From a plasmid: a stretch of DNA of 64,000 nucleotides. Below, one piece after another: positions 32,324-45,040 of the stretch. Numbering within the stretch: the first letter of the stretch is position 1; each line of letters begins with the position of its first letter. The translations under genes and the position numbers were made by a program. The DNA lies in the sequence record NZ_CP010801.1; one strand, written 5' to 3'. A model generated the notes under the pieces. It made no database searches, had not been told where the DNA came from, and saw nothing but the letters and a program-made list of their open reading frames with translations.

Positions 32324-32361
32324 GGGGTCGCCTCAGAAAACGGAAAATAAAGCACGCTAAG
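32324..32361 (+). repeat. 38-bp IR at the tnpA end (IRtnp) of the Tn501-like transposon
   Basis: GGGGTCGCCTCAGAAAACGGAAAATAAAGCACGCTAAG; one mismatch (C for T at position 8) versus the outer pair. Confidence 0.85.
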
Positions 32362-34848
32362 CCGGTTGCAGCGGTCGTAGCGGCCTGAACTTGCCCGCGC
32401 CGATCTTGGCGCTGCTGCGCCAGAGGTAATCGCCGGTGAGGTTGATGTGCTCCCAACCGAGCGGCGACAGGTACTGCAACAGCGCGTCATCAACGGCATG
32501 GCCGTTGCCACGCAGCGCGTGCGCAGCCCGTTCCAGATAGACCGTGTTCCACAACACGACGGCAGCCGTTACCAGATTGAGGCCGCTAGCCCGGTAGCGC
32601 TGCTGCTCGAAACTGCGGTCGCGGATTTCACCCAGGCGGTTGAAAAACACTGCCCTGGCCAGCGCATTGCGCGCCTCGCCCTTGTTCAGGCCGGCATGCA
32701 CGCGGCGGCGCAGTTCCACGCTTTGCAGCCAGTCCAGGATGAACAGCGTGCGCTCGATGCGGCCCAGCTCGCGGAGCGCCACGGCCAGGCCGTTCTGGCG
32801 TGGGTAGCTGCCGAGCTTTCGGAGCATCAGGGAGGCCGTCACCGTGCCCTGCTTGATCGAGGTGGCCAGCCGCAGGATTTCGTCCCAATGGGCGCGGACG
32901 TGCTTGATGTTGAGCGTGCCGCCGATCATGGGTTTCAGCGCGTCATAGGCGGCGTCGCCCTTCGGGATGTAGAGCTTGGTGTCGCCCAGGTCGCGGATGC
33001 GCGGCGCGAAGCGGAAGCCCAGGAGGTGCATCAGGGCGAAGACGTGATCGGTGAAGCCCGCCGTGTCGGTGTAATGCTCCTCGATCCGCAAGTCGGACTC
33101 GTGGTACAGCAGGCCGTCGAGCACGTAGGTCGAATCGCGCACGCCGACGTTCACGACCTTGGTGTGAAATGGCGCGTACTGGTCAGAAATGTGGGTGTAG
33201 AACGTCCGCCCTGGGCTGCTCCCGTATTTCGGGTTGATGTGGCCGGTGCTCTCGGCCTTGCTGCCGGTGCGGAAGTTCTGGCCGTCCGACGATGAGGTGG
33301 TGCCGTCGCCCCAGTGCTCGGCGAAGGGATGGCGGAACTGTGCGTTGACCAGATCGGCCAGCGCCGCCCCGTAGGTTTCGTCGCGGATGTGCCAGGCTTG
33401 CAGCCAAGCCAGCTTGGCGTAGGTCGTGCCGGGGCAAGACTCCGCCATCTTGGTCAGGCCCAGGTTGATCGCGTCGGCGAGGATCGTGGTCAGCAACAGG
33501 TTCTTGTCTTTGGCCGGGTCGCCCGATTTCAGATGCGCGAAATGCCGAGTGAAGCCCGTCCATTCGTCCACCTCCAGCAGCAGTTCGGTGATCTTGACGT
33601 GCGGCAGGATCATTGCCGTCTGGTCGATCAGCGCTTGGGCGGTGTCGGGTACCGCCGCGTCGAGCGGCGTGATCTTCAAGCCTGACTCGGTGATGATGGC
33701 GTCCGGCAGCTCGTTGGCCGTCGCCATACGGTTGACGGTGGCAAGCTGTGTTTCCAGCAGCGTCAGCCGGTCGTTCAGGTACCGGTTGCAGTCGGTGGCC
33801 ACGGCCAGCGGCAATTCGCTGGCCTGCTTGAGGCTGGCGAATTTCGCGGGCGGCACCAGGTAGTCCTCGAAGTCCTTGAACTGGCGCGACCCCTGCACCC
33901 AGATGTCGCCGGAACGCAACGCGTTCTTCATCTCCGACAGCGCGCACAGTTCGTAGTAGCGCCGGTCGATGCCGGTGTCGGTCATGACCAGCTTCTGCCA
34001 GCGCGGCTTGATGAACTCGGTCGGCGCGTCGGCGGGCACCTTGCGGGCGTTGTCGCTGTTCATGCCGCGCAGCACCTCGATGGCGTCGAGCACGTCCTTC
34101 GCGGCGGGAGCGGCCCGCAGCTTGAGCACGGCAAGGAATTCCGGCGCGTAGCGGCGCAGCGTGGCGTAGCTTTCGCCGATGCGGTGCAGGAAATCGAAGT
34201 CCTCGGGCTGCGCAAGCTTCTGCGCTTCGGTGACGCTCTCGGCGAAGGCATCCCAGGACATGACGGCCTCGATGGCGGCGAACGGATCGCGGCCCGCCTG
34301 CTTGGCCTCGATCAGCGCCTGGCCGATGCGGCCGAACAGCCGCACCTTGGCGTTGATCGCCTTGCCGGACGCCTGGAATTGCTGCTGATGCTTGTTCTTG
34401 GCGGCGTTGAACAGCTTGCCCAGGATGCGGTCGTGCAGGTCGATGATTTCGTCGGTGACGGTGGCCATGCCCTCGATGGCAAGCGCCACCAGGGTGGCAT
34501 AGCGTCGCTGCGCCTCGAACTTGGCCAGGTCGGCGGGCGTCATCTGGCCACCCTCACGGGCGATCTTGAGCAGGCGGTTCTGGTGCACCGACCGCTCGAT
34601 GCCAGAAGGCAGGTCGAGCGCCTGCCACGCTTTGAGGCGTTCGATGTGTTCCAGCATGTGCCGCGAATTCGGTTTGACGGGCGATTGGCGCAGCCAGGCC
34701 AGCCAGGTCGTTTTGCCGTTGTCCCGACGCTTGAGCAGATCGTCGAGGCGGCGGCGATGCGCGTCCGACAGCGGTTCGGCCAAGGCATCGTAGATGCGCC
34801 GGTTGGCGCGGGTGATTGCTTCGGCGCTCGCCCGCTCGACGGCGTTGA
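32357..34848 (-). pseudogene. tnpA: Tn21-subfamily transposase tnpA, C-terminal ~820 codons (interrupted)
   Basis: Ends ...[12 protein letters not shown] with the stop inside the IR; broken at the IS1071 insertion. Confidence 0.8.
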
Positions 34849-34958
34849 GGGGTCTCCTCGTTTTCAGTGCAATAAGTGACGGTACGAAAAGCTAGCACTG
34901 GCGCGGAGGTGGTGTTGGTAGATCGTTGATTTCATTGACTTTCCTGTTCACTTTCAAA
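34849..34958 (+). repeat. IS1071 left 110-bp IR
   Basis: Matches the inverted copy at 37943-38052. Confidence 0.7.
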
Positions 34959-34991
34959 TCTGCGATTCGTGGCGTCAAACCGTGGTCGGTT

Positions 34992-37919
34992 TCATCCATT
35001 GGTGCCAGTTATCGATGCATTTGGCCGCGAAGGCAGGATTTGGTCAGCATAGCGGTCAACCGGGAAGCGAAACACACCCCGCAAGTTGATGCTCTCCAGC
35101 CTGGTGGGCGCAATCTTCCCGATCAGTTCCGGTGGAATGACCTGGCGGCGGTTCGACCAGCGATCCAGGACCGCCTGCATCTGTGAGGTATTCCACGCCA
35201 TCACGATGTTGGCCATCAGGCTCAACGCATCGGCCACAGCCTGCATTTCATCGACACGTTTGGCCTGCGCCGGGCTGATCCGGCCGGTATAAATGGCGCG
35301 CTTGAGGGCGTTAACAGCCTCGCCCCGATTGAGCACCCGGCGCAACTCGTTCCTGAAAGCGTCCTTGACAAAGTAGTCAGCCAAAAACGCCGTACGCAGC
35401 AACCGCCCCAATTGCACGCCAGCCTCATAGATTGGATCGCCCTGGGCGGCAGAACCGAACCGCGCAAGAGCTGCCACCGCACTGGCATGTCCGCTCATGA
35501 CCGAGGCTGCCAGGTGCACCAGACTATCCCAATGCTTTTCGATCAAAGCGACGTCGACATTGGCTTCGCACACCGCAGCGATTTCTGCGGGCACTTTGGT
35601 GCCGCGTGGCACAAAGAGGTGGCGCTGTTTGAGTTCCTTCAACCGCGGGCAAAGATCAAAACCAAGCAAACGGGCATGTGACATGGCAAAGTCGGTGTAG
35701 CCATGGGTATCCACAGCAAGCTGGCTGGTCTCCAGCTTTTCTTGGCGGATGACACCTTCAATGGCCACGCCCGCCTGGCGCTCATTGAGCACAAAGGGCT
35801 GCGCATGGAAGATGCCCCACCGGTCTTTTACATGGGAGTAGATTCCAATGGAAGGTGTGTTGCGCCGAGGATCAAGCCGGGCTTGCCACACCCGTTTGGT
35901 GGTCTCCATGGTCATCATGTCAGAAGATGCCAAATCGGACCGCCCCCAGGTGGCGGCAATCGGGTGTCGCTGCATGAATTCCAGCACAGCCTGGCAGGCC
36001 TGGCTCAGACGCCGTTCGTCCCGCGCCCAGCGCATGGCCTGGCGAATGCTGGTGGCAGACAATTGCGGAATCATGCGCGCGCATTCGACCGCAGTCAGAC
36101 TGGTGCCGTGGGCCATGATGCCGGCATAGACCATCAGCAGCTCGTCGGTAGAGCGCGGCTCACGTCCGAGCATGATCCAGCTAAAGCGCACCTGGGCGTC
36201 AACGGCCAGAATCACTTCCGGCAATTGAACCTCACCGATGCGGTGATCCAAAGCCGCGCGCAGCTTGGTCACTTCTGGGTCTTCGTCCTCTGCGGGCAAT
36301 GGCGACAAATGGAGTTCATCATCCACGCGCAGTACGCCACTGCGGGCTGCAGCGGCCACCGCATCGACACCGGCAGTTACTCTGGCCAGCAAAGGCTTCA
36401 AGAAAGTGGCAGCCTTGCTGGGTAACGATAGACGGGCATAGTGTTTCTTGGACTCTGCCTGCCAACGCTCGTCCGTGAAGAACAAGCGCGCACGACCCCG
36501 AAAGCTCAGGCTGTGCTCAATCCAGACCGAGCCATTGCGCACCGCGCGGCGCAGGGCAAACAGGGTGGCCACCTCCAACGCCTGAAACGCCCGTTCCCGG
36601 TCTGGGCTGGAGATCGAAACCTGCCAGATCATTCCCAGACTTGGTGCCACCACTTCAACTGGCAGCTTTCTGGATCCTTTGAGATATAAAGCTTGCAGCT
36701 TGGCAAGGTACTCGATGGCAGGATGCTCGCCGGTGGCCTGCCAGGGCAGCTTTGCAATGGCGACGAGCAACGACCGCACGGGGCGAATTCCATCAATCAA
36801 TCCCTCGCGGACCAGGGAGGCCCTGCTCGGTGGTTTGCGTTTCTGGGTTTCGGTGATCAAGGCTTCAAGACGGGCACGCAACTCAGCATCTGGCACCGCA
36901 CCTTGCGCGCTCAAGGCAACAAGTTCGCCGAGCAGCGTTTTGTACATTGCGGCCCAATTGACGGTAGCGGGGACATCGGCGGCAGCCTGACGCCACAGAT
37001 CGGCGATCCGGCGCTGCACCATAAGGATCAACTGGTCTGTGGTGGTGAACAGGCAATACCGAAGAAAGCATGCGACCTCCACGGTGCGCGCTGGCTCTTT
37101 GATCTTGGCTCCGGCTGAGGGCGGCCTGGAGACAAGTCGGCGCGCGTAGCGGCGCAAGATGAGATCGGGGATGTCTGCCAGGTGCTTATGAACGTCCAGC
37201 GTGTAAAGCAGGTCGATGCGCTCCAGTACCTCGCTGATTTGGCGGGTTGAGTGTTTCGCCGGTGCAGCCCATAGCCAACTCTGCTGGGTTTGTCCATCTG
37301 GGCGCGGCTCTGAAACTGAGGCTCGCCAGCGATCAAGTGTTGCTGGATCAACGCTGGCGGCGATGGCGGTGCCTGTTTCAACTTCAAGCTGGGCAAGTGC
37401 CGCCGCAATCAGTGTCCGAATTGCCCGCTCGTGCACGATCACCAGCTTGTTCTTGTACAGCCATTGACGCGCCCGCACGAGTAGCTGATCGCGGTCGGCG
37501 CAGCGCGCCACTTCGTCGCGCAGTTCACGTACCAGTGAGCGGCGCTGGTGCTCGCTCATCCACTGGAATCCAAGGACCGTGCAGGCTACTTGTTGGTGAT
37601 CGAATAGCGTGCGCCCGCGTTCATACATGGCTCTCAGCGAGGCGACTTCTGGTGCTGCAATGCCAAGCTCGTTGCCAAGGTGGCGCCACAAGGCTACTGG
37701 AATTACCCGAAAGGCACCGAGCAAACGCCCACTCATGCGCAGGAAACCAATATGGAGCGCCAGACCAAGCTTGTGGGAATCACCTCGGCGTGCATTGATT
37801 GCGTCGCGCTCGGCACCATCGAAGGTGAAAAATGCCTTCATCTCGAAGTCGCTGATATCGCGGGGGAGCCCACGCATCCCCAAAAACGTTGTGTGCCAAC
37901 CCTGCATCGTGAACCTCAA
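34992..37919 (-). CDS. tnpA: IS1071 Tn3-family transposase
   Basis: 975-aa Tn3-family TnpA with no associated resolvase. Confidence 0.85.
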   Translation of the reverse strand: MRFTMQGWHTTFLGMRGLPRDISDFEMKAFFTFDGAERDAINARRGDSHKLGLALHIGFLRMSGRLLGAFRVIPVALWRHLGNELGIAAPEVASLRAMYERGRTLFDHQQVACTVLGFQWMSEHQRRSLVRELRDEVARCADRDQLLVRARQWLYKNKLVIVHERAIRTLIAAALAQLEVETGTAIAASVDPATLDRWRASVSEPRPDGQTQQSWLWAAPAKHSTRQISEVLERIDLLYTLDVHKHLADIPDLILRRYARRLVSRPPSAGAKIKEPARTVEVACFLRYCLFTTTDQLILMVQRRIADLWRQAAADVPATVNWAAMYKTLLGELVALSAQGAVPDAELRARLEALITETQKRKPPSRASLVREGLIDGIRPVRSLLVAIAKLPWQATGEHPAIEYLAKLQALYLKGSRKLPVEVVAPSLGMIWQVSISSPDRERAFQALEVATLFALRRAVRNGSVWIEHSLSFRGRARLFFTDERWQAESKKHYARLSLPSKAATFLKPLLARVTAGVDAVAAAARSGVLRVDDELHLSPLPAEDEDPEVTKLRAALDHRIGEVQLPEVILAVDAQVRFSWIMLGREPRSTDELLMVYAGIMAHGTSLTAVECARMIPQLSATSIRQAMRWARDERRLSQACQAVLEFMQRHPIAATWGRSDLASSDMMTMETTKRVWQARLDPRRNTPSIGIYSHVKDRWGIFHAQPFVLNERQAGVAIEGVIRQEKLETSQLAVDTHGYTDFAMSHARLLGFDLCPRLKELKQRHLFVPRGTKVPAEIAAVCEANVDVALIEKHWDSLVHLAASVMSGHASAVAALARFGSAAQGDPIYEAGVQLGRLLRTAFLADYFVKDAFRNELRRVLNRGEAVNALKRAIYTGRISPAQAKRVDEMQAVADALSLMANIVMAWNTSQMQAVLDRWSNRRQVIPPELIGKIAPTRLESINLRGVFRFPVDRYADQILPSRPNASITGTNG

Positions 37920-37942
37920 AAGTGGGAGGCCACCATACCCGT

Positions 37943-38052
37943 TTACAAAGCGAACAGGAAAGTCAATGAAATCAACGGTCTACCCAGACCACCCCCGCGC
38001 CAGTGCTAGCTTTGCGTACCGTCACTTATTGCACTGAAAACGAGGAGACCCC
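37943..38052 (-). repeat. IS1071 right 110-bp IR
   Basis: Inverted copy of 34849-34958. Confidence 0.7.
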
Positions 38053-38532
38053 GTTGAGGGCAGGCAGAATGACCGACTGCTGCCGCAGGTGCTCGATCAA
38101 GGTGCTGGCCAGCACGATGCCCTTGTCGGTCTGCAAGGCCATCTCGGTCAGCAACTGGACGGCCTGCCGGTAGTGGCCCATGGTAAAGGGCTGGAAGCCG
38201 AACACCGTTTGCAGTTCGACCAGGTGCTCGCGCCGGGTCTGCTCCCGCTGCCCGTATTCGTCCCAGCTTTCGACGCTGACCTTGAGCTGGTCGGCGACCA
38301 GTTTCAACAAGGGCGGAAACGGCGGCTCATCGACGCCCAGGATGACACCAGGAAAGCGCAGGTAACAGAGCTGCACGGCGAAGCCCAGCCGGTTGGCCGG
38401 GCCGCGCCGCTGCCGGATGATGGAGAGGTCGGTTTCGCTGAACGTGTAGTGACGGATCAACTCATCCTTGGTGTCCGGCAACGCCAGCAGGCTTTCGCGC
38501 TCGGCGGCGGACAGGATTGAACGACGTGGCAT
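38053..38532 (-). pseudogene. tnpA: Tn21-subfamily tnpA, N-terminal ~160 codons (MPRRSILSAAERESLLALPD...)
   Basis: Canonical Tn21/Tn501 TnpA N-terminus; joins the 32357-34848 part across IS1071. Confidence 0.8.
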
Positions 38533-38534
38533 AT

Positions 38535-39095
38535 TTACTGATCCGTTCTCAAGTATTGATACAGGGTTTCGCGACTGATTCCGAATTCACGAGCCAGCTT
38601 GGTCTTTTGCTCGCCAGCCTCGACACGTTGGCGCAGTTCGGCAATACGCTCAGACGACAGGGATTTCTTCCTGCCACGGTAGGCCCCGCGCTGCTTGGCG
38701 AGCGCGATGCCCTCGCGCTGCCGCTCGCGGATCAAGGCGCGTTCGAACTCGGCGAACGCGCCCATTACCGACAGCATCAGGTTCGCCATCGGCGAGTCCT
38801 CGCCGGTGAAGGTCAAATGCTCCTTAAGGAACTCGATGCGTACGCCGCGCTGGGTGAGGCCCTGCACCAGGCGGCGCAGGTCGTCGAGGTTGCGCGCCAG
38901 ACGATCCATGCTGTGCACCACGACCGTGTCGCCTTCGCGCACGAAGGCGAGCAGCCGTTCCAGTTCGGGCCGCCGTGTGTCCTTGCCCGACGCCTTGTCG
39001 GTGAACACTTTATCCACCTGGATCTGTTCGAGCTGCCGTTCTGGGTTCTGGTCGAAGCTGCTGACGCGGACGTAACCGATGCGCTGACCGTGCAA
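38535..39095 (-). CDS. tnpR: Tn21/Tn501-type resolvase
   Basis: GYVRVSSFDQNPERQ serine-recombinase motif; probable TTG start. Confidence 0.85.
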   Translation of the reverse strand: MHGQRIGYVRVSSFDQNPERQLEQIQVDKVFTDKASGKDTRRPELERLLAFVREGDTVVVHSMDRLARNLDDLRRLVQGLTQRGVRIEFLKEHLTFTGEDSPMANLMLSVMGAFAEFERALIRERQREGIALAKQRGAYRGRKKSLSSERIAELRQRVEAGEQKTKLAREFGISRETLYQYLRTDQ

Positions 39096-39225
39096 GGTAT
39101 CCTCCTGAGGGAAATGTGTCAGGAAGAAATCTATGACCCTTGACGGCGTATGTCAATCAATTCGGAAGGCAACTCTATTCTGACGATTTAGCGCCGGATG
39201 GTCTGACGCCAAGTTAGGGTATGCC
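39096..39225. promoter_or_regulatory. Probable res (resolution) site region between tnpR and urf2
   Basis: Position equivalent to Tn501 res; subsites not individually mapped. Confidence 0.5.
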
Positions 39226-40215
39226 TCAATCTGACGGTAGCGAGTCGCAGGCGTTCGGATCGGCATCGGTTTCGTTCCCTGTCTTGGCACGCGCTTCGAA
39301 GCGTTGATAACACTCCAACCCGCAGAAGTGCTCGACGTATTCCGCGCCTTCCGGGGTGAAGGCGGCATCGAGCGGGATTTCCTTGCAGCACACGCAGCAA
39401 CTGGTGGTGGTCGAGTCACTTGCATTCATGGTGGCACCCCTCCATTGACTGACGAAGACGGCGAATGCCGCCGCCGGCATTGGCTTCGCGAACAGGAAGC
39501 CTTGTCCTGTGTCGCAGTCCGCTTGTCGCAATAGATCAAGACTCGCCGATGTTTCCACGCCTTCAGCCACCACATCCATGCCCAGCCCGTGCGCAAGCTG
39601 AATCACGGTGTGCACGATGGTTTGGTCGCGGCGGTCGTTGGCGAGCCCGGCGACAAACGATTGGTCGATCTTGAGCGTGCTGATTGGGCAGCACTTCAGA
39701 TGTTGCAGACAGGAATACCCCGTCCCGAAGTCATCGGCGGCGAAGCGCACACCGATCTGCCGCGAGGCGTCCAGGGCGGGGAAGATCGCCGGATCACCAA
39801 ACGCGACCGATTCGGTCAGCTCGATTTCGAGATACTCGGCGGGCAACTCGGCATCAGCCAGCACGCCCTTTACCCACCCGTCGAAGTCCGGTCCCACTTG
39901 GCTCGCCGAAACATTGACGGCCAGCCGGAACGGTCGCCATGCCAGCATTCGCCAGTCACGCATCTGGCGGCAGGCTTCGCCCAGCACCCAAGCGCCGATT
40001 TCAGGCATCAGGCCGGACGATTCGACCACGGGCAGGAACTGGCCCGGTGGCAATAGTCCAAGCGTCGGATGACGCCAGCGCAACAGGGCTTCCGCGCCGA
40101 CAATCCCACCACTGCGCAGATCGACGACGGGCTGGTAGTGCAGTTCAAGCTGCCCGCGCTCGACCGCTTGGGCCAGTTCCGGCGTCGTCCATCCATCCGG
40201 CCGGAAAGCGCTCAT
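39226..40215 (-). CDS. urf2: EAL-domain protein (Tn501 urf2 equivalent)
   Basis: EAL phosphodiesterase motifs ([13 protein letters not shown]); ATGA overlap with merE. Confidence 0.75.
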   Translation of the reverse strand: MSAFRPDGWTTPELAQAVERGQLELHYQPVVDLRSGGIVGAEALLRWRHPTLGLLPPGQFLPVVESSGLMPEIGAWVLGEACRQMRDWRMLAWRPFRLAVNVSASQVGPDFDGWVKGVLADAELPAEYLEIELTESVAFGDPAIFPALDASRQIGVRFAADDFGTGYSCLQHLKCCPISTLKIDQSFVAGLANDRRDQTIVHTVIQLAHGLGMDVVAEGVETSASLDLLRQADCDTGQGFLFAKPMPAAAFAVFVSQWRGATMNASDSTTTSCCVCCKEIPLDAAFTPEGAEYVEHFCGLECYQRFEARAKTGNETDADPNACDSLPSD

Positions 40216-40448
40216 TCTCTTTCCCTGAATGCCCGCAACGCCCGCGACAGGGACAGAAGGAACAGGCCGGTCAAACCGAGCGCCGCGATGACCCAATGCT
40301 CGCCGAGGAAAGCACCGGCGGTTGTGCCGGCCAGCACGACAGCGAGGATGGGCAGGTGGCAGGGGCAAGTCAGCACAGCCAGTCCGCCCCACAGGTAGCC
40401 GGTGATCGGTTTGTGCGTCTCGGACGGCAAGCGCTCGGGGTTGTTCAT
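40212..40448 (-). CDS. merE: MerE mercury transporter
   Basis: 78 aa, [18 protein letters not shown]... with a CPC motif. Confidence 0.8.
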   Translation of the reverse strand: MNNPERLPSETHKPITGYLWGGLAVLTCPCHLPILAVVLAGTTAGAFLGEHWVIAALGLTGLFLLSLSRALRAFRERE

Positions 40449-40810
40449 GGCAGACTCTCCGCGTGCTGTGCCGGCTCGGTCGGCAGGGTGGCCAACTGCA
40501 CTTCCAGATCGGCCAACGCTTCGCGCCGACGCTCGACGAACTGACGCAGCAGGGCAAGCTGCGCGGCCGCTTCGTCGCCGTCCGCCGCATCCAGCGCCCG
40601 GCACAGCCGCGCCAGCGCGTCGAGGCCGATGCCCGCCTCGAAGGCCGCCCGCACGAAGCACAGCCGTTGCAAGGCGGCGTCATCGAACAAGCCGTAGCCG
40701 CCTGGTGTGCACGCCACCGGGCGCAGCAATCCGCGCAGCAGGTAGTCGCGCACGATATGCACGCTCACCCCGGCATCAAGAGCCAGCCGGGACACCGTGT
40801 AGGCGTTCAT
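40445..40810 (-). CDS. merD: MerD co-regulator
   Basis: 121 aa, [29 protein letters not shown] (MerR-like HTH). Confidence 0.8.
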   Translation of the reverse strand: MNAYTVSRLALDAGVSVHIVRDYLLRGLLRPVACTPGGYGLFDDAALQRLCFVRAAFEAGIGLDALARLCRALDAADGDEAAAQLALLRQFVERRREALADLEVQLATLPTEPAQHAESLP

Positions 40811-40827
40811 TGAACACCTCCTTTTTC

Positions 40828-42525
<1,698 letters not shown>

Positions 42526-42584
42526 TTATCGTTTGTGGCGCCAGACAATGACGTCCGTTGTGCTGCGGTGCCGTTTTCAGTGAC

Positions 42585-42860
42585 TCACTGCTTGACGCTG
42601 GACGGATAGCCCGCGTCTGCGGTTGCCTTGGTCAGCTTCTGCACGCTGGTCTTGGCATCGTCGAAGGTGACGACCGCTTGGCGTGTCTCGAAAGTCACGT
42701 CAACTTTGCTGACGCCTTCGACCTTGGAAATCGCCTTCTTGACAGTGATCGGGCAGGCGGAGCAGGTCATGCCCGGTACGGACAGCGTGACGGTCTGGGT
42801 GGCGGCCCAGACGGGGGCAACAACGGCGGCGAGGGCGAGGGAGGCAAACAGTTTCTTCAT
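42585..42860 (-). CDS. merP: Periplasmic mercury-binding protein
   Basis: 91 aa, signal peptide plus GMTCSAC. Confidence 0.9.
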   Translation of the reverse strand: MKKLFASLALAAVVAPVWAATQTVTLSVPGMTCSACPITVKKAISKVEGVSKVDVTFETRQAVVTFDDAKTSVQKLTKATADAGYPSSVKQ

Positions 42861-42872
42861 GGTGAACTCCGA

Positions 42873-43223
42873 TCAGTAGAAAAATGGCATGACGTAGGGA
42901 AATCCGAGCGCGACCAGAACCAGCGCGGCCACGATCCAGAAAATGAGCTTGTAAGTAGCTCGCACTTGGGGAATCGCGCAGACCTCACCCGGTTTGCAGG
43001 CCGCTGCCTGCCGGTAGATGCGCCGCCAGGCGAAGAACAACGCCACCAGCGCCACGCCGATAAAGATGGGGCGATAGGGTTCCAACACCGCCAAGTTGCC
43101 GATCCAAGCGCCGCTGAACCCCAAGGCGATCAGAACCAACGGCCCGAGGCAGCAAGCCGAGGCGAGGATGGCGGCAAGCCCTCCAGTGAAGAGCGCGCCG
43201 CGCCCGGTTTTTGGTTCAGACAT
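42873..43223 (-). CDS. merT: Mercuric transport protein
   Basis: 116 aa, MSEP..GRGALF..., CC pair in TM1. Confidence 0.85.
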
Positions 43224-43249
43224 GCGCTTGTCCTTTCGAATTGAAATTG

Positions 43250-43292
43250 GATAGCGTAACCTTACTTCCGTACTCATGTACGGAGTCAAGCG
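43250..43292. promoter_or_regulatory. mer operator/promoter: divergent merR / merTPAD promoter with the MerR-binding dyad
   Basis: TTGACTCCGTACATGAGTACGGAAGTAAGGT on the merT strand: -35 TTGACT, 19-bp spacer with dyad TCCGTAC-N4-GTACGGA, -10 TAAGGT. Confidence 0.8.
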
Positions 43293-43294
43293 AT

Positions 43295-43729
43295 ATGGAA
43301 AACAATTTGGAGAACCTGACCATTGGCGTTTTCGCCAAGGCGGCCGGGGTCAATGTGGAGACCATCCGTTTCTATCAGCGCAAGGGCTTGTTGCTGGAGC
43401 CTGACAAGCCCTATGGCAGCATCCGCCGCTATGGCGAGGCGGATGTAACGCGGGTGCGCTTCGTGAAATCAGCCCAGCGGCTGGGCTTCAGCCTGGATGA
43501 GATCGCCGAGCTGCTGCGGCTGGAGGATGGCACCCATTGCGAGGAAGCCAGCAGTCTGGCCGAGCACAAGCTCAAGGACGTGCGCGAGAAAATGGCTGAC
43601 CTGGCGCGCATGGAGGCCGTGCTGTCTGAGTTGGTGTGCGCCTGCCATGCGCGAAGGGGGAACGTTTCCTGCCCGCTGATCGCGTCACTACAGGGTGGAG
43701 CAAGCTTGGCAGGTTCGGCTATGCCTTAG
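43295..43729 (+). CDS. merR: MerR Hg(II)-responsive regulator
   Basis: 144 aa, [33 protein letters not shown]; C-terminal Cys residues; stop inside the IR. Confidence 0.9.
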
Positions 43730-43762
43730 CGTGCTTTATTTTCCGTTTTCTGAGACGACCCC
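43725..43762 (-). repeat. 38-bp IR (mer end), right outer end of the composite element
   Basis: Reverse complement is identical to the 3174-3211 copy. Confidence 0.85.
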
Positions 43763-43921
43763 TTTAAGGTTGAGGCAGCCGGAGTGGCCAAGATCGGCGA
43801 AGGTTGGGTGGGGCCGAATGCGCACAGCTTGGCGATCGATCCCGCCACGCATGAGATTTATCTTCCCCTGCCGGACATCGACCATCATCCGGTGATGCGT
43901 GTCTTGAAGCCCGACACCTGA
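43763..43921 (+). pseudogene. YncE-like beta-propeller protein, 3' part (52 codons) downstream of the insertion
   Basis: Reads FKVEAAGVAKIGEGWVGPNAHSLAIDPATHEIYLPLPDIDHHPVMRVLKPDT* in the same frame as the 2224 ORF once the TTTAA duplication is accounted for. Confidence 0.7.
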
Positions 43922-43975
43922 CGCACGCCGAACGCGCGACAATAGTCGAGCCCGCGCTCAACCACGATTGTCGAC

Positions 43976-45034
43976 ATGTCCCTCCGCTCCGCAACCCCAG
44001 CCCTGGCAGCCGCACTGCTGTTCGGCGCAAGCACGCCCTTGGCTAAGACCCTGACTGGCGCGGTTTCACCGATCCTGCTGGCGGGACTGCTCTATCTGGG
44101 AAGTGGCCTTGGCTTGGCGGGTGTTCTGCTATTCAGGCGGCTGACCAGGACAGCCAGCGAGGCGGCACAGCCTGGGCCTGCCATTCCTCGGGGTGAGATT
44201 CCCTGGCTGCTGGGCGCGATTGTCGCCGGCGGCGTGGCGGGGCCAGCACTCCTGATGACGGGGTTGACTCACACGGGCGCCGCGCCCGCGTCGCTATTGC
44301 TGAACGTCGAAGGGGTTTTCACCGCGCTGGTGGCGTGGATCATATTCAAGGAAAACGCCGACCGGCAAATCGTTCTCGGGATGGTCGCCATCGTCGCGGG
44401 CGGCGTGCTGCTGTCGTGGCAACCCGATGCGGCGAGCCTGTCACCGGGCGCCTTGTTGATCGTTGCCGCCTGTGCCTGCTGGGCGATCGACAACAATCTG
44501 ACGCGTAACGTCTCGTCCAACGATGCGGTGTTGATCGCCTGCCTGAAAGGCTTGGTGGCCGGCACCTGCAATACTGGCTTCGCACTGGTGGCCGGCAATG
44601 CGCTGCCGGCTGCGTTGCCTCTTGTCGCGGCCATGGTGGTCGGCTTTGCTGGCTATGGGATTAGCCTGGCGCTATTCGTGGTCGCGCTGCGACATCTGGG
44701 CACCGCGCGCACCGGAGCGTACTTCTCGGTCGCGCCGCTGTTCGGCGTCGTGATTTCATTCCTCATCTGGCCTGAGGTTCCCGGCATTCTGTTCTGGATC
44801 GCTGCGGCGCTGATGGCGCTAGGGGTCTGGCTGCATCTGCGCGAGCGGCACGAGCATGAGCACGTGCACGAGCCCATGGAGCACATGCATGCGCATCGAC
44901 ACGACGAGCACCACCAGCATGAGCACGATTTCCCGTGGGATGGCAAGGAGCCACACGTGCATGCGCACAAGCATGAGGTGCTGGTCCACAAACACCCGCA
45001 TTATCCGGACATCCACCATCGTCATACGCACTAG
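43976..45034 (+). CDS. DMT/EamA-family transporter with a histidine-rich C-terminal tail
   Basis: 10-TM-like profile; ~55-aa C-terminus of HEHxH repeats. Confidence 0.7.
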   Translation: MSLRSATPALAAALLFGASTPLAKTLTGAVSPILLAGLLYLGSGLGLAGVLLFRRLTRTASEAAQPGPAIPRGEIPWLLGAIVAGGVAGPALLMTGLTHTGAAPASLLLNVEGVFTALVAWIIFKENADRQIVLGMVAIVAGGVLLSWQPDAASLSPGALLIVAACACWAIDNNLTRNVSSNDAVLIACLKGLVAGTCNTGFALVAGNALPAALPLVAAMVVGFAGYGISLALFVVALRHLGTARTGAYFSVAPLFGVVISFLIWPEVPGILFWIAAALMALGVWLHLRERHEHEHVHEPMEHMHAHRHDEHHQHEHDFPWDGKEPHVHAHKHEVLVHKHPHYPDIHHRHTH

Positions 45035-45040
45035 GGCGCG

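Larger units (their letters stand above)
34849..38052. mobile_element. IS1071 (3204 bp, 110-bp terminal IRs) inserted in tnpA with a 5-bp GTTGA target duplication
   Basis: Long IRs begin GGGGTCTCCTCGTTTTCAGTGCAATAAGTGACGGTACG at both ends; GTTGA at 34844-34848 and 38053-38057; exact IS1071 length. Confidence 0.85.
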
